Shown piece after piece: positions 46,341-59,538 of a DNA stretch of 64,000 nt. Made by a program: the position numbers and the translations under genes. The notes beneath the pieces were generated by a model. The model was not told where the DNA came from. It ran no database searches and saw only the letters and a list, made by a program, of their open reading frames with translations. Position 1 is the stretch's first letter. Every line of letters begins with the position of its first letter. This DNA comes from Setoptus koraiensis (taxonomy: Eukaryota > Animalia > Arthropoda). The stretch is taken from positions 23,932,001 to 23,996,000 of the forward strand of contig CM106585.1 of the NCBI GenBank assembly GCA_048013815.1, given 5' to 3'.

Positions 46341-49300
46341 TTCACTGTTCGCTGTGTCTTAGCTGGGCTGCCGACAAATCACAAAAATTAATTAACCTTG
46401 ACTGTTCACTATGTTGAATCGTGTAATACAATGGATGGAATATACTGAAACTCCGCTCAAAATCTCATTCGTTCGCATGTATTATTAAAATTAATCAAAC
46501 TTTTTACAGCAACTGATCCGATGAGTTTCGAATATGATAAACTCCAATTTGTAGTCTAACAGTGTGCTTATATCTGTTTTGATTGCTATGGCAACATTCA
46601 CTAATATTTGACTGTATTTGGCAACAGTGAATCTGTCGTTACATTAGTCGACCTTATTTCAATCAACATTCAGTAGGCTCCTCCTTTGAAAAACAAATTT
46701 TAATTGAAGATGCCTGTAAACAACGTGCGTTATCTTTGCCATTTTGCACGACGTCATGTGTAGTCATTCAAGGATGTCAATTTAGGAAGTTTCTTGAAAC
46801 TATCAAATTGTTTGCCTCACTGCACTAACTAACAATGTTAGTGTTTTTAAACATTTACGTCACTTCGCCGATAGCACAACTAGGTAAACAATAGCGCACA
46901 GTGATAGTTATGATGTTATATCGGTGCAACTATTACGGGTAGATGAGTTTTCTCAATTAATAACAATCAATTTCAACTCAATTACATCAGCAATAACAAA
47001 ACCAATCACACACTGAAAGCCAGCAAATTTTCGTATGTTAATGAGCAAATACTCTAATCTATATAGATCTATATGCGTTCGCTGTTGCTTGTTGTTGCAC
47101 TGCTACAATGATGCCAATCATTGATCTTGCCATCATTAAACAGAGAATGTGCAAAAATTGCGTGTTTGATGAGCGACACAAGATAAGTTTTTGCTGTTGC
47201 TAATGTTATTATCGTTGTGATTATTGCCGTATGAGCTTGTGGGCAACAGTAATCTGACAATCTTTAATCGTATGTTGCTGCATGATAAATAGAGAATTGC
47301 ATTTTCACAGTGGTATTTGTTCAACGAGGTATGGTGATAAATTTGAGAACGAGTGGTATTTCTTCAGCACTAGACAGTATAATGAATGGTGAAACAGCAT
47401 CGCATCGAGCTGAATACAATTCTATTGATCAATTAATATCTTTTGATGGCTGCTGGAATATATTAATTGTTGAGGTCTGATCGATTCAGAAGACCCGTCA
47501 GGAGTGTTTGAACAAAAGCACGCGCTTGTCACAGCACCAGCTTGTAAGAGCGAACCCATGCGTAGAGATTGATTTGCTTGTTGTTGCATTATTGATAGTT
47601 TTCATTCTACTGAAAAGAATTTTTGTTATTACAATATCATTTTGTTGATTTTTTAGTAAGTCATTAGTTGTTGTAGGTGATGGCTTGTCCGGTGGTTTAA
47701 ATGTAGCTGCCACTCGTCAACTGCAAGGTCAACCGTCTAGACTATCACCATCACCACCTAGATTGCTCGTCCAGATGGTGATTTTAGCTCAACACGGCCG
47801 AATAATTCTTTCTATCCGGCCAAGTTGCCACCCACCAACACAGCAAATTCGAGAATGAATAAATTATGTCTCGCTATGATTCTCATTTTATGTGTCACAA
47901 ATATTGTTGCTGTTTCTATGACGACTATATTCAGCTACGATAATTATCTACAATCTAGTCACCTTGGACTACGCCAGCAGCCATAGTAGTGGCTCTCTCA
48001 GGGCACCTATTTCCACTATGTTGAGAATGGTTGGGGCAACTCTCACCTGTTATAGGCTATTATCGCTCAGCCAGATTCATCGTGGTCGCTCGTTCAGTAT
48101 GATGTTCCCGTTGATGTTGGATACGGTGATATATCAAGCTGAAAATTTTTACGAAAAGCACATGCTGATCGACCGAGTTGTGAAGTTTGACGCTCAAATT
48201 TGCCTGACTTGGTTAAGATTGAATAGTTGTCAGAGATTACTATTTACGATTGCAAGAAGCGATTTAACAACAAAGATTTGGAAATTCATCTCGACACGAT
48301 CAGTGAGTATTGATGCAATTGGTGAATTGAGGAGACTTGAGAAAATGAAGTAAGAAAAAGAAATGAAACATCGCATATGAAAATTGTTAGATAAGAATAG
48401 TAACTAATATTCAAGAGAGGATGAACAGCTAAAGAACAGTGCCTGCAGGCAAGAAACAGGAGTGTTGTATTGTATTAGTGGATGTAAAGAAGAGAGCAAT
48501 TTGATTGACATAAAGTGGCACTCGAATCAATGAGTGGCCCCCATAAAAGTGATTTAAATTGCCCCTGGCTTGTTTGTTTAACATATCGCCAGAGGACCAA
48601 GTCATGTAGCGCCATGCTTTTTGACAAGCTAATTTCCATCATTGTTCTCATTTCTCTCTTATTGAATTTCTTACTTCTTTTCTTACACACATCTTGTATG
48701 CAAACAAATATATGAACGAATGTGACAAGACTGTCTAATTAAATGTGCTTATAGGATGGAGCTAGGCAGCTTGTTTACAGGGTATGGTTGACTTTTATTG
48801 TTGAGTTTACAGCAACACAGGGCCGAAGCTGGAAATTCTAATTGAATTAGTCGCTTTTCAGTTTTGTTTCCCATTTATATGTATAATTTATATATCTATG
48901 GTGTATCGTGGAACATTGATAATGATACTAATACTAATGATTGATCGTCGATAATACAATGATAATGTGCGTCTATATTGAAAATGTATCAATTATTATG
49001 TACAACAACAAACAAGTGTGTATATGGATTGTGTAATTGTAAATAGATTGGTCGCGTCTGAAAAGGTTTTGTTTTAATAATTTCTTTTATTTATTCTATC
49101 ATCGATGATAACTTGTTAAGGTGTGTCTAAAAGTGTTGCCATGTCAATCCGGATTAAATGGTTAGCGAGTAGCCAACTGTGATATTGACAAACATATATA
49201 CCAGTATATATATATATTTGAAGTATATACAGAGTATATGGAGCGAGCAGCCATAAATGAAAATCGCAAAATTTTGATTGGTGTCAGCTCATTACTCGAC

Positions 49301-49351
49301 GCATATGTTAGTGTCGTGTGTGTCTTAATGCTATTGCTATTGACTCATCAC

Positions 49352-51043
49352 CTAAAACACAGGTAACACACCAGAACATACGCTGGCATTGAGCACCTCA
49401 CCTGGATCTACTTCTCTAGGCGGAAAACGGTTCGTGTAGCCGACGTAGGCCGCGTTCAAGGCGGCTGCCTGTTGCTGCTGTTGCATAAGATACTGATGAT
49501 GATTGGCTGTCTGCTGGTGAGGGTGTTGTTGCTGTTGTTGTTGGTGCTGCTGAAGTTGTTGTAAATGCTGATGCTGTTGCAATTGCTGTTGTTGTTGTTG
49601 TTGAAGTTGATGCTGTTGGTGATGCTGTTGTTGGTGTTGTTGTTGCTGCTGCTGAATAACTGCCGACATTTTTGCTGCAACATCCAAGAAAGAACCCGAT
49701 TGAATGTTTGTTTGTGCTGCCACTGCGGCTGCTGCAGCCGCGGCCGCCGCCGCCGTAGCGGAACTCACCGATGTGGGCGAGGCCGCTTGTGACAATGAAC
49801 CCGACGACGATATTGTTGAGGCGGCTGACGAACCAGAGGCCGAGCTAATATGATTGTTGTTGTTGTTGTTGCTGCTGTTGTTGTTACTGTTACTATTATT
49901 GCTGCCGCTATTGACACTGCTAAGATCACCGTTGTTGTTGTTGTTATTATTGTTATTGTTAGTTAGATTATGCTGATTTGTGACTGCTGTCACTGCCTGA
50001 TGCAACATACCCGCCGACGCGTGGTACATACTCATGGCCGCATGATTTGCGTGGGCGTGATGCTGGGCAACCGCTTGATGGTGCTGTAAACCGGTAGTGT
50101 GATGATGTAAATTTTGATGATGATGATGATGGTGGCCGTGATGATGGTGATTGTTGGCCGCAGCGGCAGCTACAGCCGCCTGAACGGCCGCAGCCGATTG
50201 GTGATGATGATTTAAATTAAGGTGTGCTGCTGCCGCGGCAGCGGCAACATTAAAATTAACATTGTTAGCTAATTGATGATGATGATGCATCTGATTATGC
50301 TGATGATTGTGTAATGTGTTATTTGCGCCGCTACTTGTGGCGCCACCTGGATTGTTGTGGCCGCCAATATTGTGTTGTTGTTGCTGCTGCTGGTGTTGCT
50401 GGTGATGCTGCTGTTGAAGATGATGGCCAGCTTGCGTTAAATGCGACAAATGCTGATGGTGGCCAGCGGAATTTGGTGATACTCCCGAGGCAACTGCAGC
50501 CGCTGCAGCGGCCGCGGCAGCAGCAGCAGCCGCAGCACTGGCGGTAATAATTAGCTTTGGCTTACGTCGAGGCCTATATTTGTAATCCGGATGTTCGCGC
50601 ATATGTAGCGCTCGCAATCGTTTGGCCTCATCGATGAATGGTCGCTTGGCGTTCTCGTGCAATTGCTTCCATTCGCAGCCTAACCGTTTGCTAATTTCCG
50701 AATTGTGCATCTTTGGATTGTCTTGGGCCATTTTGCGCCTCTGACCGCGCGACCAAACCATGAAGGCATTCATAGGGCGCTTGACGTGTTGCTGTTGTTG
50801 TTGCGCTTGCTGTTGATGATGATGCTGTTGTTGTTGTTGCTGGCTCATTTGACAGGTGCCATTTTGGCCATTCTGGCCAGTGACGGCGGCGCTGGCGGCG
50901 GCAGCAATCAGCGGCAATTGATGTAGTTGATGTTGTTGGTGCTGCAATTGGTGCAGTTGGTGCTGTTGTTGCTGCTGTTGTTGCTGCTGCAAATGATGTT
51001 GCAAGTTTGTTGTGGTGAGCGATGATGCCGATGAGGTATCCAT
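49352..51043 (-). CDS. SOX21: SoxB2-group HMG-box transcription factor (Sox21/Dichaete-like), intronless, 563 aa
   Basis: [40 protein letters not shown]...[31 protein letters not shown]. The HxKRP start and RRKPK end favour SoxB2 over SoxNeuro (RVKRP...RRKTK). Exact paralogue uncertain. Confidence 0.85.
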   Translation of the reverse strand: MDTSSASSLTTTNLQHHLQQQQQQQQQHQLHQLQHQQHQLHQLPLIAAAASAAVTGQNGQNGTCQMSQQQQQQHHHQQQAQQQQQHVKRPMNAFMVWSRGQRRKMAQDNPKMHNSEISKRLGCEWKQLHENAKRPFIDEAKRLRALHMREHPDYKYRPRRKPKLIITASAAAAAAAAAAAAAAVASGVSPNSAGHHQHLSHLTQAGHHLQQQHHQQHQQQQQQHNIGGHNNPGGATSSGANNTLHNHQHNQMHHHHQLANNVNFNVAAAAAAAHLNLNHHHQSAAAVQAAVAAAAANNHHHHGHHHHHHQNLHHHTTGLQHHQAVAQHHAHANHAAMSMYHASAGMLHQAVTAVTNQHNLTNNNNNNNNNNGDLSSVNSGSNNSNSNNNSSNNNNNNHISSASGSSAASTISSSGSLSQAASPTSVSSATAAAAAAAAAAVAAQTNIQSGSFLDVAAKMSAVIQQQQQQHQQQHHQQHQLQQQQQQQLQQHQHLQQLQQHQQQQQQHPHQQTANHHQYLMQQQQQAAALNAAYVGYTNRFPPREVDPGEVLNASVCSGVLPVF

Positions 51044-54000
51044 TGTTGTCGATGTTGCTGTCGTTGCTGTCGTTGTTGTCGTCGTTGTTGCAATTTATGG
51101 CTGTGGCTGTGATATATTGTGTCGATGGTGATTGTTTTAGTTCTTTGTCATCTCAAGTTTAAGCTATCGAGGTAAGTGTATGCAAATGTGTCGTCGTCGT
51201 TGTTGTTTGTTGTCGATATTGTGTGCATGTATTTGGTTAATCGATGAACGTTATCTCGACAAGAAACAAAGTCGCATTACTCACTAATAAGGTTATTGTT
51301 TGAAATTGTATATGAATAGAAGAATAGTGAATCATATTGTAATGATTATAATAATGATTGTATCAAACAATGATATACTGTTGTTGTTGTTGTTGTTGTT
51401 TTTTGGTGATAATAGCAGCAAGTGTGAATGTGTTTATAGTGAGAATCATTGGACTAAAATTTGCTGTTTGATTGCAAGTAAATGGTGCTGGTTGTTGCTG
51501 TTGTAGTCGGCGCTAATGCTACTCCACTGACTGATTGCGCACGCGCCTCGAGCTTACACCGCTAGGTGACGCCTTGGTTTCACGCTTTTCTATGGTAGTT
51601 GCTGGTAGCAAAATAAACTTGTGCCTATACTTGTATACCACTAACAACAAACACTATACTTCATTGAACTCTCTTAGCTACTGATACACACACACACACA
51701 CTCACATATAACAAAGTATTAACAACAATCCCTATTTGTGTGCAAATATTACACTACTCAACTAACAAGCTAACTGCAACTAGCTTGCCAAAACTAGCTT
51801 GCTTATAGGAGCTAGTTAAGCTGTGTAAATGCGTTAACATCAATAGAGGGATTAACCTGACAAATAGATTATTATTCAGATAGACACACAGAGCAGAGAT
51901 AAGCAACTCACTACAACTATATTAACTATATAAGTACGACAATAAATAAGGCGCTGACTTTTGGTTTGTATACTGATGATATTACTATACAAAGTGAGCC
52001 TCGATTATATTATTTATAATACAGTATAGTTAATACGTAACATATTGTAATTTTGGCTATCCTATAAGTGTGTTTCATGCGACTCACTTAATGACGACTA
52101 ATAATAATAATAAAAATAATCATAATGAATAATAGTGATTGAGCGATACAATGATGATCGGGCGATAGTGTGATCAAGAAGTCAAGAAACAGTCGACTGG
52201 ATGATACGTAAACGAGTGTATATTTACACTGGCACTTTGCTTGCAATCAGATGCGATCACAAATGCTCAAACTAAAATTACAAACAACAACAACACAACA
52301 ACAATCTAATTAAGCTTAATCACAATATTGGCCAATCGTGATTGGCGATAATTAGTTCAGAAACACTCGCATTAGACGTTAGACGTTTTATTAGATCTTG
52401 TTAGATTGGGCAGTGTGTTTTGTTGTGGTACGATGATAATCAACACCATTATCATTTCTACCATCACTTTGGATCTCAAAAGTCTCTGCTCATCTCATTT
52501 TTGGGAACTCATATTACTACCGCTAGCACTTTTTGACTTGAGATACTCTTTGAGAAACTAACAAAAGGCCGCCACTTGTTGTTGTTGTTGTGTTGATTGG
52601 TATAAATTGGTTCACTGATTGAACCATTTACCCAACAACTAAATGGTGAGACTTATCACTAAAAGCATCGATTTAATTGGAAATAGATTGATCTTTGGAT
52701 ACAATACTGGTAACCGATTGTGGCTACCATGGTTATTGTTTATCAGCGACAAGCGAGAGGCGCCAACAACAACAGCAACAACAACAGCAACCACAACAGC
52801 AACCACAACAGCAACCACAACAGCAACAACAAAATGGAGAGATGATGCAGCCTTTATATTTGTCTGTCTCGACTTGCAATATCTCCAATATATATTCTGC
52901 TGGTGTTGCTGTTGCTGGCGATAATGAGAGCAAACATACATTTGGAGTGTATGTGTGTGTGTGTGTTTGTGCGAGTCTTTTGTGAATGAACTACTTATAA
53001 TAGTTAAATTGGTTCTATTCCACACAATGATAACAACAATACATAATCGTTATTATGAGAGACAGACATCTCGTCGTAAACCTCTGATGTTTTGCTTTAG
53101 CTGGAATGAAAACATTCGATGAGATCACTCATTCTAGAGCTTCTGAGAGCAACAATCTCACGTAACTACACACAATGTTTGTCTCCTAAAACATGTAACC
53201 ACCATTATAGGACCAATCTCGATCTTGGCATCCATTCCATTGTATTTTATTCTTTTCTTTATTTCTCTCTCTCTCTCTCTCTTTTTCTTTCTGTTTCTTG
53301 CGTTGCTATTTCTCGCACTGCTCCTTCTCGGGCTGCTATTTCTCTCGAGTCGCTAATTTCCGATACACACACACACACACACACACACAGCTATATTTAT
53401 ATTTACATTGTGCACAAATGTTGTAGACTTGCAGCGGACCACAAACTACAAAAGCAAACAACATAGTTGGCAAGTTAGATCTAAAGTTGTAGTAACACTA
53501 ACTGGAAACATTATTAGAGTGGAAAACAAGATAACTGAGACAAGTGAGTGTGAGCGAGAGACCAACTGAGAGAAAGACAGAGACCGAGATTGAGATCGAG
53601 GTTGAGGTTTAGATTGAGGTTTAGATTAAGCTTGGCGATACAACGTGCAGAACAACAGCAACAAGAGCGATCTCTGAGAAAGAGATGAGAATGGTACAAA
53701 CTAGCAAGTCGAGTATGAATGAATTGGAGCTGAATTAAAAACATCATTATATTAGCGTGTACCAATGTTAGACAAATCAGATGAGAAGAATGAGACGAAA
53801 TCAAAGGAAATCAAAGCAAATGAAACAAACTAGACATCTCGTGATCAGTCGTTGTGTGTACCTGTTGTTGTGTTATCTGCTATCATAATCTGTTGTTTGA
53901 TTTTGTCATCTATTTCCAGTTCACTCACACACCATTTGTTGTCTATTTGTAGTCGTGATATTATATATATTTGATAATCTATCTATTGACCACACAGACT

Positions 54001-54995
54001 TGAAGACGTCGCTTTCAAATAAATCCACTGATGAAAATTATCTACTGTTTTACATCTCCCAACAAAACAATCAACATAACTGTCAGTTATTGTTGAGCTC
54101 AATCACGAGTTATCACGAGTTATATAATCAAGAGTTTTTAGTAATCATTTAGTAACTTTATTTAGCAAATCAGCTGCGTGACAAAAGCAATGATGACATG
54201 CCAAGCGATAGTAATAATATTGTTACATGGCAGTCGTATCATGGCTAGTTGCCTGCTGCAAGCTCATTGTTAATTGAAACAATATAGGCCTATTGTTTCC
54301 GCATGAATAGTGAATGCTGGCCATTATAAGCTAGCTAAAGCCTATAATTGTTGCAATGAATTGTTGTTGTAAAGTGCGACAGTGCACACAGAAACAATAA
54401 CAATTCGATTGTTTGTTGCGCATGCGCGTCCCGGGCGAATGACCAAGTAGTGGCTAATTGTGCTGAGAGAATGTTCGCTGTTGACTGCACAAGTCGAGCA
54501 ACAAGCATCAAGCCATCACGCGCACAACAAGGGCTCTGTTATAGGTAACCTATAACAAGGCAAGCTTGATTAGAAGCTGCGTATGTGTGTGTTCGACATA
54601 GCACGCTATGTCGAATTGTTTTGCTGGGAGCTCATTGGTCGGCCTGATCAATGGTGCGCCTATATGTGAGCATGCATGATAAATTGTTGTGAAAGAATGA
54701 TTGCAACCGCACACAACTGCTGCATAGGTGAATGTTGGCTGAAAGAATATTGATAAAAAGACAAGTTTGCGTGTTGTTTACAAGCACAAACACGCAACAA
54801 TGCAACCTGTTTCTTCTGAGCACTGTCTTGTCTCATTACGCATAAATTGTTAGTAACAATGCTCATCAGACAGCGACAACAACAAGCCAGCCAACGCTGT
54901 TGTTAGTTGGTCTACATAGGCATGTCATAAGATGATCACAAACAGATTGAAGTGACTTCGATACAGCAAGCGCCTCTATTCACCTGTATCGACTG

Positions 54996-55065
54996 TCTGT
55001 TCAGGTGTGTTTAGGTCTGTCTAGGTCGCTTTGAGTCTGTTTAGGCCTGTTTAAGTCTGTCTAGC
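54996..55065. repeat. 10-bp tandem repeat x7 (TCTGTTTAGG consensus)
   Basis: tctgttcagg tgtgtttagg tctgtctagg tcgctttgag tctgtttagg cctgtttaag tctgtctagc. Confidence 0.85.
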
Positions 55066-56294
55066 TCTTTTCAGGCAAATGTGATGAATGGAAACAGGTT
55101 GCATTTGAATGGCGCATATTTAATTCATCATTCATTTTGTTGTGTGTGCTGCAACGGCGACACACACACACACACCTGTTAATGACGGCGATAATGACTC
55201 GACAAACGTGACCACAATGACGAGCATGATGACGATGCTGGCGATGACGACTACAAGATAAATATAGAAGAGGCACGCAATCACAAAGCCATTATAATAC
55301 AGTAGTTATAGCATTTGGCCATTTTAAATATTGCCATTATAAACAAGTATTTGGTTACAACAAGTAGAGGTGCCAGTTGTGCACTTTTGCTATTTTCATT
55401 TTTCAAACAAACATACTCAAACAAATTCATATTCATGCATGAATTCAGCAAGCCAGTTGAACAATTGGCTCATGTGCGTTTGCCGGCCTACTGGCAAGTA
55501 AAAGCCAGTTGCTGGTATGGCTGGCATAACAAACACGACGGCGACAAGTGATACAAGTGAAAAGTTTACACCTTACAATACACACACACAATACACAAGT
55601 AGATTATTCATCGAAAAACTAATCAACAACAACAAGTGGTTTATCAATGAATCTCGTTACTCGCTGTTTGTTGTTATTCATCATTTGTTGTTATTGTCGG
55701 TATCTGGCAGCGAACTGTCGGCTCGATACAGGCACCGCCGACCGATTACAATGAACAGTCGATTACATTAAACAGAAGCCATTGTTAACAGCGCTATCTC
55801 TATAAAACGCTTCTTTCCTATCACCATTAGCACTTGTTAGTATTTGTTGGCGTTGTAATTATTCTCGTCTGCTTGTTCCAACAGCGTAGCGTCGAACGCT
55901 GTCGAGAGGCGTCGAATGGCGCCGAATTGTGTCGAATTCGGTACGCAATTGAGCGCCAAAGCAACAAAACATAATGCTACTCTAGTTAGTTTATGCTTGA
56001 TGCTGCGCGCTATATGCCAATCGTCCAATTGTCGGCTCACAAATGAAATTGGCTTGCTCATCTAAACACCCCAACTCCAACACGAAACTAAACTCACTTA
56101 ACTTTTTGCATTGCACACACAATGCACACTTGATAATAGTAACAATGTGATGCAATCATGCCAATGTTACCCAGATAATGATAGCTGAAGGAGAGGAAAA
56201 AATGATGATAATACTAATGGTGTCCATTATAATAATCGTCATGTATGCGTTGTGTCTGATTATAAATAAATAATTCGAATCCATTGTCATTGGA

Positions 56295-56297
<3 letters not shown>

Positions 56298-56361
<64 letters not shown>
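56298..56361. repeat. (CA)n microsatellite, about 32 units
   Basis: Pure CA run. Confidence 0.99.
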
Positions 56362-56362
<1 letters not shown>

Positions 56363-59300
56363 CCGGCCAATGGTATGAGAGTGTGAACTTGTTACTCGTG
56401 TGTTGTGTTCGCATTTGATTCGACTCAATTCGATTTGCGCTGCAAGCTCGAGCAAACAAGCACCACAACCGACACACAAACAAACAACACATACGAACAA
56501 CACATACAAACAACACACACAAACAACACATACAAACAAGTGCTCGACACACAACAGACACTGGAGCTTCCTTCCAAGTTCCAATTCGAAAGAATAACGA
56601 AAGAATAAATAACAGAGAAAAGATAAAATTCATTGCTTGTTGCAAAGCACGTGCCACGCCACTGGGAGCTGTTGGCGCCGGCCAAGAATGTTGGCGCACC
56701 AACACGCTGACCAGAAACGCTAGATTCACTGGCGGAAGTCATCAGCTGCACGCACTATTGATGGATGATTCCGTCCACACACACAGCCATATATATATAG
56801 CCATATATATTTGCCGATCCGCTTTGCTCTGATCTAATCCAATCCAATTCGATTCAATTCTCGACACATTCTCTAGGACACATTCTCTTGCAGCGTGATT
56901 GTGTACGGTCAGTTGGCGTTCACTAGCTCGCACACACAAACACCAACGCTGGCAATCATTGTAGCTTGCCAAGAGCGTACAGTTAACAGAGAGAGAGAGA
57001 GAGCAAACAAATTAACAGAATGCAGCCAACAGGAGACACTGCACAACTGGACCTATATATACACTGGATACATGTCATTGTTGCATCATTGTTGTCATTA
57101 AGGTATGCTAAACACTGTCGTTATTATCGTCATTGTGTATCATTCACTTGCGCACAATGATAAGCACAATAAGTGAACGCACAGTGTCGGAAACGTGACA
57201 CAACCAGACAGAAAGAGAGAGAGAGAGCCAAAGAAGAGAAAAACATATGCTAAACGTAATAATATCATAACAAATGGTGCAAGTGAGAAATAGTGCCAAA
57301 TACAATACAATTGCATCGCTCTCATAATGGCGCTAATGAACAGTGTCAGCACCCGCACAAGCTATTATTTTGGGTGTTATTCTCATTGTGAGTCACTCTT
57401 GGTTGTTGATAATTCTTTCTTGTGCGCGCCATAATCATCATCATGTCTCAATGAGCAGCCATAATGCACAATGTGCCACTTGTTCAAGTGCTGCGCTGCT
57501 CAGACTCTGTCGGATCAGATGTTTTGGTCTCATCAGTGTCGGCAGCAACAACAACATCAACCACAACATCAACATCGACTGCAACAACAGCAGCACAAGC
57601 AACAACAGCGGCACAAGCAACAACAGCGGCAACAACAACGACGGCCTATAGCTGAGATTGTAATTACAGTCGAACGCCTTCGAATATGCTGCCCGATGAT
57701 TGCTCAATTTTTCTGTGCCACCAAGCACAAATTGGAATTGTTCTGCGGTTAGCAAGTTGTTGTTTGGTGAAAATAAGCGTGCGTTGGCCGCTGCTATTAG
57801 ATAATAGCCATCGCTATTCTCTACTCTGTATTATGTAATCAATGCTTGAATGGCCAACATTAGATAATAGTTTTCTCTCTATCGCGGCTCTTGTCAGTTT
57901 AATAACGAATGGCAGCCAATGTTTGGTGCAATCACACTCGTTCCATTCATCATATTTGTATCCAATCTCTGATTCTATTCAATTCAATGCCAACCAATTC
58001 AATGCAATCTAATTTCGTTCTTCTTTTTCTTACAACTTCTTTTTGTGGCCAGCGCCACCAGCAGCGGTGGCCGTTGTTGTTGCCGGAGTTGCCGTTGTTG
58101 CTGTTGCTGTTGCTTCTGCCGTTGCTGCTGTTGCTGCTGCCGTTGCTGCTGTGTCTATCCAGTAGACGGTCGGTTGTCGGCGGCGGCTAGTTGGCGGTTG
58201 CAAGTCGCCAATCGGCAATGTAATTCCATTTAATTCAATTCAATTATTTTTGCATTGTTGTTAAACTAACAACAATCGATGCTCTCTTATTGCTGGCTGG
58301 CCGCCCGACGCGCCTTAGACAATACCCGGCGCCATATTCTGCCCGTTCATCTTGGCCGCTTCTCTATATCCGCTTCCTCTGATCGCCACTGGCTGGCTTG
58401 TACTTGTGTCTACCTTTGTCTACCTCTGCGTACCTCTGCGTCCGTTGAGCACCATTTTGCAGCACGCACACAACAAAAGTTTGCACCCACACACACGCAC
58501 ACCGACACAACACCAGAAGCCAGCACCAGAAGCTGCACCAGAAGCTGCATCAGAAGCTGCACCAGCTGACCACACCAGTATTCGTGTGGATTAAATCTGG
58601 CTTGTGCACCAGATTGTGTCCATGTATCCATGTGTAAATCGTTGCTGAGTGCCAATTGTTTGTGAATCTTGGCCCCTTTTCGATTTGGCGGCGTGGCCGG
58701 GATTAGATTAAGGTAACGGATGAACGGAGAGATATGGTCGTAAAGAATGTCACAAAGAAGCCGCATCAATTATTATTGTCAGCTCGCTCTCGCTCTTTTT
58801 CTCGCATGGAAAAGCCTATAATATACTGTTACAACTGGCACAAGAAAGCAAAATCTGGCAAAATCATTTGTAGACGATTAGCTTGCTATGCTATTGAATG
58901 GCAGTTAGACTCGTTTGACCACAACACAAAACTCTCGACGAAAGTCACATGTTGACACACGGTGAATACACGGCAATAAAATGTCATCAAATGCCCATTA
59001 ATGCTACCTGTGGTTGACCATAATCATTATCATTTGCTTCATTAGCGCCACTACAATGGTCATAATTCAACACAATCTGACATTTATTGCCATAACCCTC
59101 CCGAACAAACGACAACCTTTTGCCGGCCACATTCGCCTTGGTTGTTGCTCATTCTCGACAGCAGCAGCAACAACACCGACAACAACAACGACAACAATAA
59201 CAACGACCGCAAACACTACAACAGCTACCGAACGACACTGCTGTTTGCGACGAGAAAGACAAGAGCCACCAGGTAGTTAGTTTTTTATGGCACAACGTGG

Positions 59301-59523
59301 CGGCATGAGCACAGGTAAATTCTTTCCTTCTCTCTTGCTTGCATTGTCACACAATTGTCTAGATACTGTTGCATTGCCATTGTCTTGTTATTCTCTATAT
59401 AAAGAGGCTCCCGTGTGTGGAGAACAAGAATTAGAATCTGTCTCTTTCACTCTTCATTGAATGCTCCATTGAATGTGCTTGCCACCCAATTGCCCAGTGG
59501 GCCAGTGGCCTGCTATGAGTGTA

Positions 59524-59538
59524 GGCGCCCCCTCGTGG
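59524..59538 (-). promoter_or_regulatory. Candidate CTCF-binding site
   Basis: Minus strand CCACGAGGGGGCGCC matches the CCASYAGRKGGCRS core at 13/14. Motif match only. Confidence 0.4.
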
